A DNA stretch of 64,000 nt from Chrysomallon squamiferum (Eukaryota > Animalia > Mollusca), in NCBI GenBank assembly GCA_012295275.1, contig CM022665.1, positions 10,230,001-10,294,000 of the forward strand. The letters run 5' to 3'. Within the stretch, counting starts at the first letter, position 1; each line of letters begins with the position of its first letter. Below the pieces are notes generated by a model, which saw nothing but the letters and a program-made list of their open reading frames with translations, was not told the DNA's origin and ran no database searches. Positions 58,710 to 64,000 of this stretch are shown one piece after another. The position numbers and the translations under genes are program-made.

Positions 58710-58786
58710 ATTACATAAAATCCGGAAAAAGGAAAAGAGGTTACGCCTTAGAATGGAGCATGAGCAGAAAAACACCAAAGAAATAG
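58710..58786 (+). CDS. CDKN1B: Cip/Kip CKI, coding exon 2 (DYIKSGKRKRGYALEWSMSRKTPKK*)
   Basis: There is a polypyrimidine acceptor tttctttctttttgtttag| at 58709. The phase-1 join gives QSKIT-D-YIKSGKRKR (PIP box/degron plus a basic NLS) and a terminal TPKK before TAG at 58784-58786. Total length is 187 aa from the ATG at 57334. Confidence 0.88.
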
Positions 58787-61700
58787 TCTTGTCTAGATAT
58801 TTATTTATCCGGGTATGTGTTTAACAATATTTGTTATTACGTTAATATAGACGTCTAGCATGTTTGATACTGTATATATATATATATATATGTGTGTGTG
58901 TATTTTTTCACTGTAGTAAAGATATTACGTACCTCGAAAAAAGATAATAGTTTGTCTATCAAGTTTTGTTTTGCTGTATTAATTGTACATTTTTCGTTTA
59001 TACCATAAGTTTATTGTATAGTGCTTTGTAAAAATGTAAACTTCTATTTATGCACAAAGACTGCTTTCTTCTGTGGGCGCAAAATTATTCTATGAACTAG
59101 AGTATTTCAAGTGTATTCTGCACTTAACATTAGCAACTTAATTGATTTGTTCATGAGCTGTTACTAGTGAAGAAAAACGATTGCAGTAATTGATTAAAAT
59201 TGTTATTTAGCTGTGTTTTCTCTGTTGCGTAGCAATTCAGACCTCCAAGGTGGCCTCATGTGTCTGTTCAGTTGTGTGTGTATTACAGACAAGAACAGTA
59301 ATTTGTGATTGCACTATATTTAGGGGAAATTTTGCTTAAATTATAAAAGTGGAGCTTTATTTATTTTTGTTTTGGCATTTAAAGAAGAAGAAAAAATTAT
59401 ATTTATAATCATGTGGCATATACATGTTTCTGTAACTCTATCAACAATATAGATAATAGCTTTCCAACTGTCGTGTGGACTTTGCTCATCTCATCTTTTC
59501 GTCCTGTAAAGCTTGGGTGTTTGGTTTGTAAAGACCTGAAAACAATACTTTGTGGGCTTTTTTATTTTTTTTACAAAGCCGTTTTATTATGAGTGTCTTT
59601 GAGAGCAGGTTCTTTATTTACAAAAAGAAAAGGGGAGGAAAAACAAACCGCACAAAAAAAAAAAAAAGAGAACAGTTTTAGACACGAAATCAGTTATCTA
59701 CAGCCTTATTACGTTATAAAACTAAATGTAAATTGGACTTTTATACATTTCATTCGGGAAAGATGATAAAAAAAAATAAAACTACATATCAGTTTTCAAA
59801 ACATAAATATTTTGTTAAAGCGGGAAATATTTAAACAAGTTTCACACAAATCGATTATGCAATTAAATGAATGGACGTAGAGGAACAGTGCACTTTGTTG
59901 ATTACGTTTATTAATTCCTGTTTTAATTATGCCGTATTTCTGGTTCATGCATATCAGTTCGTAATCAGTTTGCGTCATATAAATTTTCTCCTTATTTTAC
60001 GCTGAATGTCAGGATGCCTGCGTAAATTGTTTCTCTTGCTAAGTCTATTTCATCGCCCCAACTCTGTTTTGCGTACACTGACATGCCCTTGGCATATACG
60101 AGGACGCAGATCGCTGTTTCACTGGGGGATCAACTGCCTCATTTCCAGGCAGGGGGTTATTTCGCTTGTCAGGGTGTCATTTATTAATTGCCGGGATGTC
60201 GGGTTACACTATTTGCCGACAGTTTATTGTTTTGTGCATGAAGCCTTTCGAGTTTCATTTATCTGAATAATTGCGTTCATTTAATATCCTTATTATTTTC
60301 TTATTTTTGGAAGAGAGAGAGAGAGAAAAAAATAAAAATAAAATGTATATTTTTGGTCAGTCCAAAAATGTTTATAGTGTAGTTCATTGCCAACGTGCTG
60401 CAGGAAAACATAGTAAAACGGACATTTGTGACCTGTCGTTGAAATAAGCCTTGCCTGCGGTCACAAAATAACTGTTCTCGAGACTCTTGCCTAGTTTGAT
60501 TATTAAAATAATTTTTATTAACTGTTTTTTCAAGCGTTTGTTTTAGCGGTTAAAATTCGACAAACTTGATTACTACTTTTACAACTTTTTAAATGTTTTG
60601 CGGTTGATAGTAAACGGCATGGGAACTGGTGCCCAGAAATATACGTCTAATTTGCATAAAGCTTGACCCGCGAGGATGCAGCAAGAAAGGCCAACGTGGA
60701 TGCGCTGCAGAGCGCTGTCACGTGATAATTATTGTTACCGCAGGGCGAAGCCTTTCATTGGCTGACGGATTGGCGGTCAAAGTTAAAAGGCTGTGTTTTT
60801 TCGGGATGAAATCACGCATGTGTGACCTCGTTAGGTTAGGGCCGTACTCAGCGTACTTTTTCCCTAGGATGAGTCACGAACTCAAAAGGCGATGACATGT
60901 CTTGGCTTACGTTTCGGGAAGAAGAAGAAAAAAAAAGCTATACGAACCACTAATGGATAGTTAGGTCCGCCAGTCACGCACTCTCTTACTGCAGGCAGGC
61001 TCTCACAGCGTCAGCTGCGCATCAGTATCGTCTGCTTGTATGATAGTGGTTGATAATGTAATTTCTTAATATACAGTATCATATTCAAATTCGTTTTAAT
61101 TATAATATGCATATTGAGAAAGGTAGAGTAATAAATGCAATAATTCATTAGAAAGTAATTTAAAAACAACAACAAAATCCAAACCTGTGTATATGTATGT
61201 GTAATATGTCCTAATGTTTTAAAGATTATGATTTTAAAAATAATTATTAACCCATCTCACAATTATCATAAAACATCTCCATCATTATCATTTATACTCA
61301 TGTCCCTCTTTTTTCTGTCCTTTCAGGAAGAGTGCTATGCAAAAGGATTAAGCTGGATTTAACAAAAACTAAATAGACTCGCCAGAAGATTAACTGTGCA
61401 TAGGAAACTTTATCTATCGGGCAGACTGCAATAATGTATGTGGAAGAGCTAGTCATTCCAGGTTTGAAAAGCAGTTTGAGACACTTTGAAGGATACATTC
61501 TGGGTTTTTACCAGTGGATGTATGTTTTAACAAGAACAACACAAATCTAGCACCAAGATGGTTCCAGGCAGTCCAAAGAGTCCTTCACACTCTGATCTCA
61601 TTGGCCACTTGGTGACAGGAGTTCAGTGGTTATCTCTGCACCAGTTGTGGTCATCAGTGTTGATGATAATAATGACCATTGTTGTGTGTATGATACAAAT

Positions 61701-62693
61701 CCAGTAGTCCTTGCAAAATATGATGTGATATAAACTTTGGGAAAGATGTGACTTTTTCACTTGATGTGAAAACAAAACAATAACAACAACAACAACAACA
61801 ACAACAAAATAAAAACAACAAATAACTCGATTCATATTAATATATTATTGACTTCTGAAAAAAAAAAAGGACTTAGGATTATGATATAATAAGAATGTCA
61901 CCAATTTTTATTATATATGTCATGATCTCTTTGTATGTGTTAAAACACACACATTTGGTTGTTTATCAATATTAAGGACAACTTTTTAAATCACCATTTG
62001 CATTTGATATGGGCCAAGAAAATACACCCACACAAATGGCTGTTTTTAAATGTCAATGAAACAATCATTATTTTAAAAAAAAGGTAAAGAAAATAAAAAT
62101 ATTATATATATATATATACACATATATATATGGTTGCATTTCAAACTAACAAACTGCCATTTTTAAATATATAGTCCATAAAATTCACTTTTTTTTCTCC
62201 TTTTTTTAAAAATAAATGAACAACATGCTAACCTGTTGAAATTACTATTATACTAATAGAAATTATCAACTAGAGGTGACATGTTAATATTATATATATT
62301 TTAAAAAAAAGAAGAAGAAAAAAGATATAATAATACAAATTTTTATTAACGTTAATGTTAATATTGCCTGTTGGTAAATTTTAATACATTATACAACAAC
62401 AGTTAACAAGAAAGAACAAGTCTTCCATTTTGATAAAATAAAACATTTAACTTGAGGTTTTCCCCCCTCTTCCACCCATTGTTAATTTTCCTCGTACACC
62501 AACCCCCACACTTTCATGCAGCATTATAATTTATAATGACCAAACACAAAGAAAAAAAGGTTTGAAAATTATTTATTATAATTTATTTAAATTATGAAAA
62601 ATTGGTTATTTATTCATTCCTATTAGTACTGCAGATATATTTATTTATTTATATTTAAAAGACAAATTATGAATAAAATTTGTATGTCATTGT

Positions 62694-62727
<34 letters not shown>

Positions 62728-62895
62728 AACAGCTGCTGTAAAATGGTTATATTGTATAGTATTTAATGTTTCATTGCATGTTTTTCTTTTTTTGTCTTCT
62801 CAATTATTTTTAATATATATATATATATTTTTAAAAATTTTTAAACTTGAAATCTCAATTTATTAAGATACTTTGGAAGATTGATAATTATTATA

Positions 62896-62929
<34 letters not shown>

Positions 62930-63567
62930 GTAAGTTTTCTATTTCATAAACATGTTTTTAATTTTTTTAATTTAATTCTTTATTTTTAATGGTCCTTTTT
63001 GCAAATATTCTGAGAAGTCGGGAGTACATGATCCAACATCACATTTTTATAATTAATACATTTTAAAAATATTTTAAAAATTTGAATGAAAATATTTATA
63101 TAATTGTAAGTCCAATTTGTTTTAGACTGTTTTTGTTTTGTTTAATTTAAATGCTTTAATGAAATTCAGTTAATGAAAATTGTTATGTTTCTGGATCATG
63201 TACCTCTGGCTCTCAACAATATTAAGGGCTGTGCAATGCCTAGCACAAAGACTAGGTAGTAATTTTTGATCTCCTTAATTTAACCGTTATTCAGCTGTTT
63301 GTGTGTTATGTACGTGTAGAATTATATATATATAATATACACGCACATATTTGTTTGGTATGTTACCTTATGTAGACATTTTTGCCCGTTGAAGGCAAAT
63401 GTATTTGTTAAACACTCCACATTATATATATTATATATATTTGAAGAAACCATGCATAATGAATGAATATGAAATGAATAAAATATAAAACTGAACATTT
63501 TGCCTTCGCTTTTTGTTTTATTAATTTTTAGATGAACTGGTGTTGCAGAATATATTTCATGAAAAGG

Positions 63568-63602
<35 letters not shown>

Positions 63603-64000
63603 AGCTAGAAACCAAAAGAGAAGAAAAAACATTACTATCTTTGAAAAATAAATGATCTGTAAAACAAAACAAAGCAGGTTTTATATATCTTAATGACATC
63701 GCAGTATGCGAGGTGCTGTGCGACAAGGGCATTTACTAACTGATGCCTCTGAAAATTAAGTAACGGATCATAAATGACGGCAGTCTAGCTCCAATATTGA
63801 ACATAAAATTTATTTTTAACGTTATTCAGCTGTAAATACTGAAAGAAATATGTTAAAACAGCAAATTCACGAAGGGTGGGGGAAGCACTTAAAAAAAAAA
63901 AAAAAAAAAAAACTAATGCACACAAAAATTGGAATCAAACAACATTTTATAACATATTTTAAAATTTATGTCTAAAAAAAAAAAAAAAAAATCTCACGTT

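Noticed and set aside
58871-58878. Pumilio element TGTATATA in the CKI 3'UTR
   Set aside because: It is the start of a (TA)n microsatellite, so it is uninformative without conservation data.

Overview
This is AT-rich, microsatellite-dense eukaryotic (animal) genomic DNA with spliceosomal introns. The repeat content looks molluscan or lophotrochozoan, but that is inference only. There are three zones. (1) 2-16 kb: a 4-exon minus-strand gene (~225 aa) whose first exon encodes a ParB/sulfiredoxin-like domain. It lies tail-to-tail with an inverted partial paralogue on the plus strand. The zone also holds decayed DIRS/Ngaro-type retroelement pieces, a Tc1 transposase remnant and a probable solo LTR. 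(2) 16-57 kb: a ~40 kb gene desert with no credible CDS, where SSR tracts alternate with GC-richer enhancer-like islands carrying repeated TCF/LEF sites and a recurrent GTCGTCTG motif. (3) 57-59 kb: a Cip/Kip cyclin-dependent kinase inhibitor gene with two coding exons and an E2F/CCAAT promoter; the protein carries both a p21-type PIP degron and a p27-type C-terminal TPKK. Nearly all other ORFs in the track are microsatellite or low-complexity artefacts. All calls are by eye; no database searches were run.
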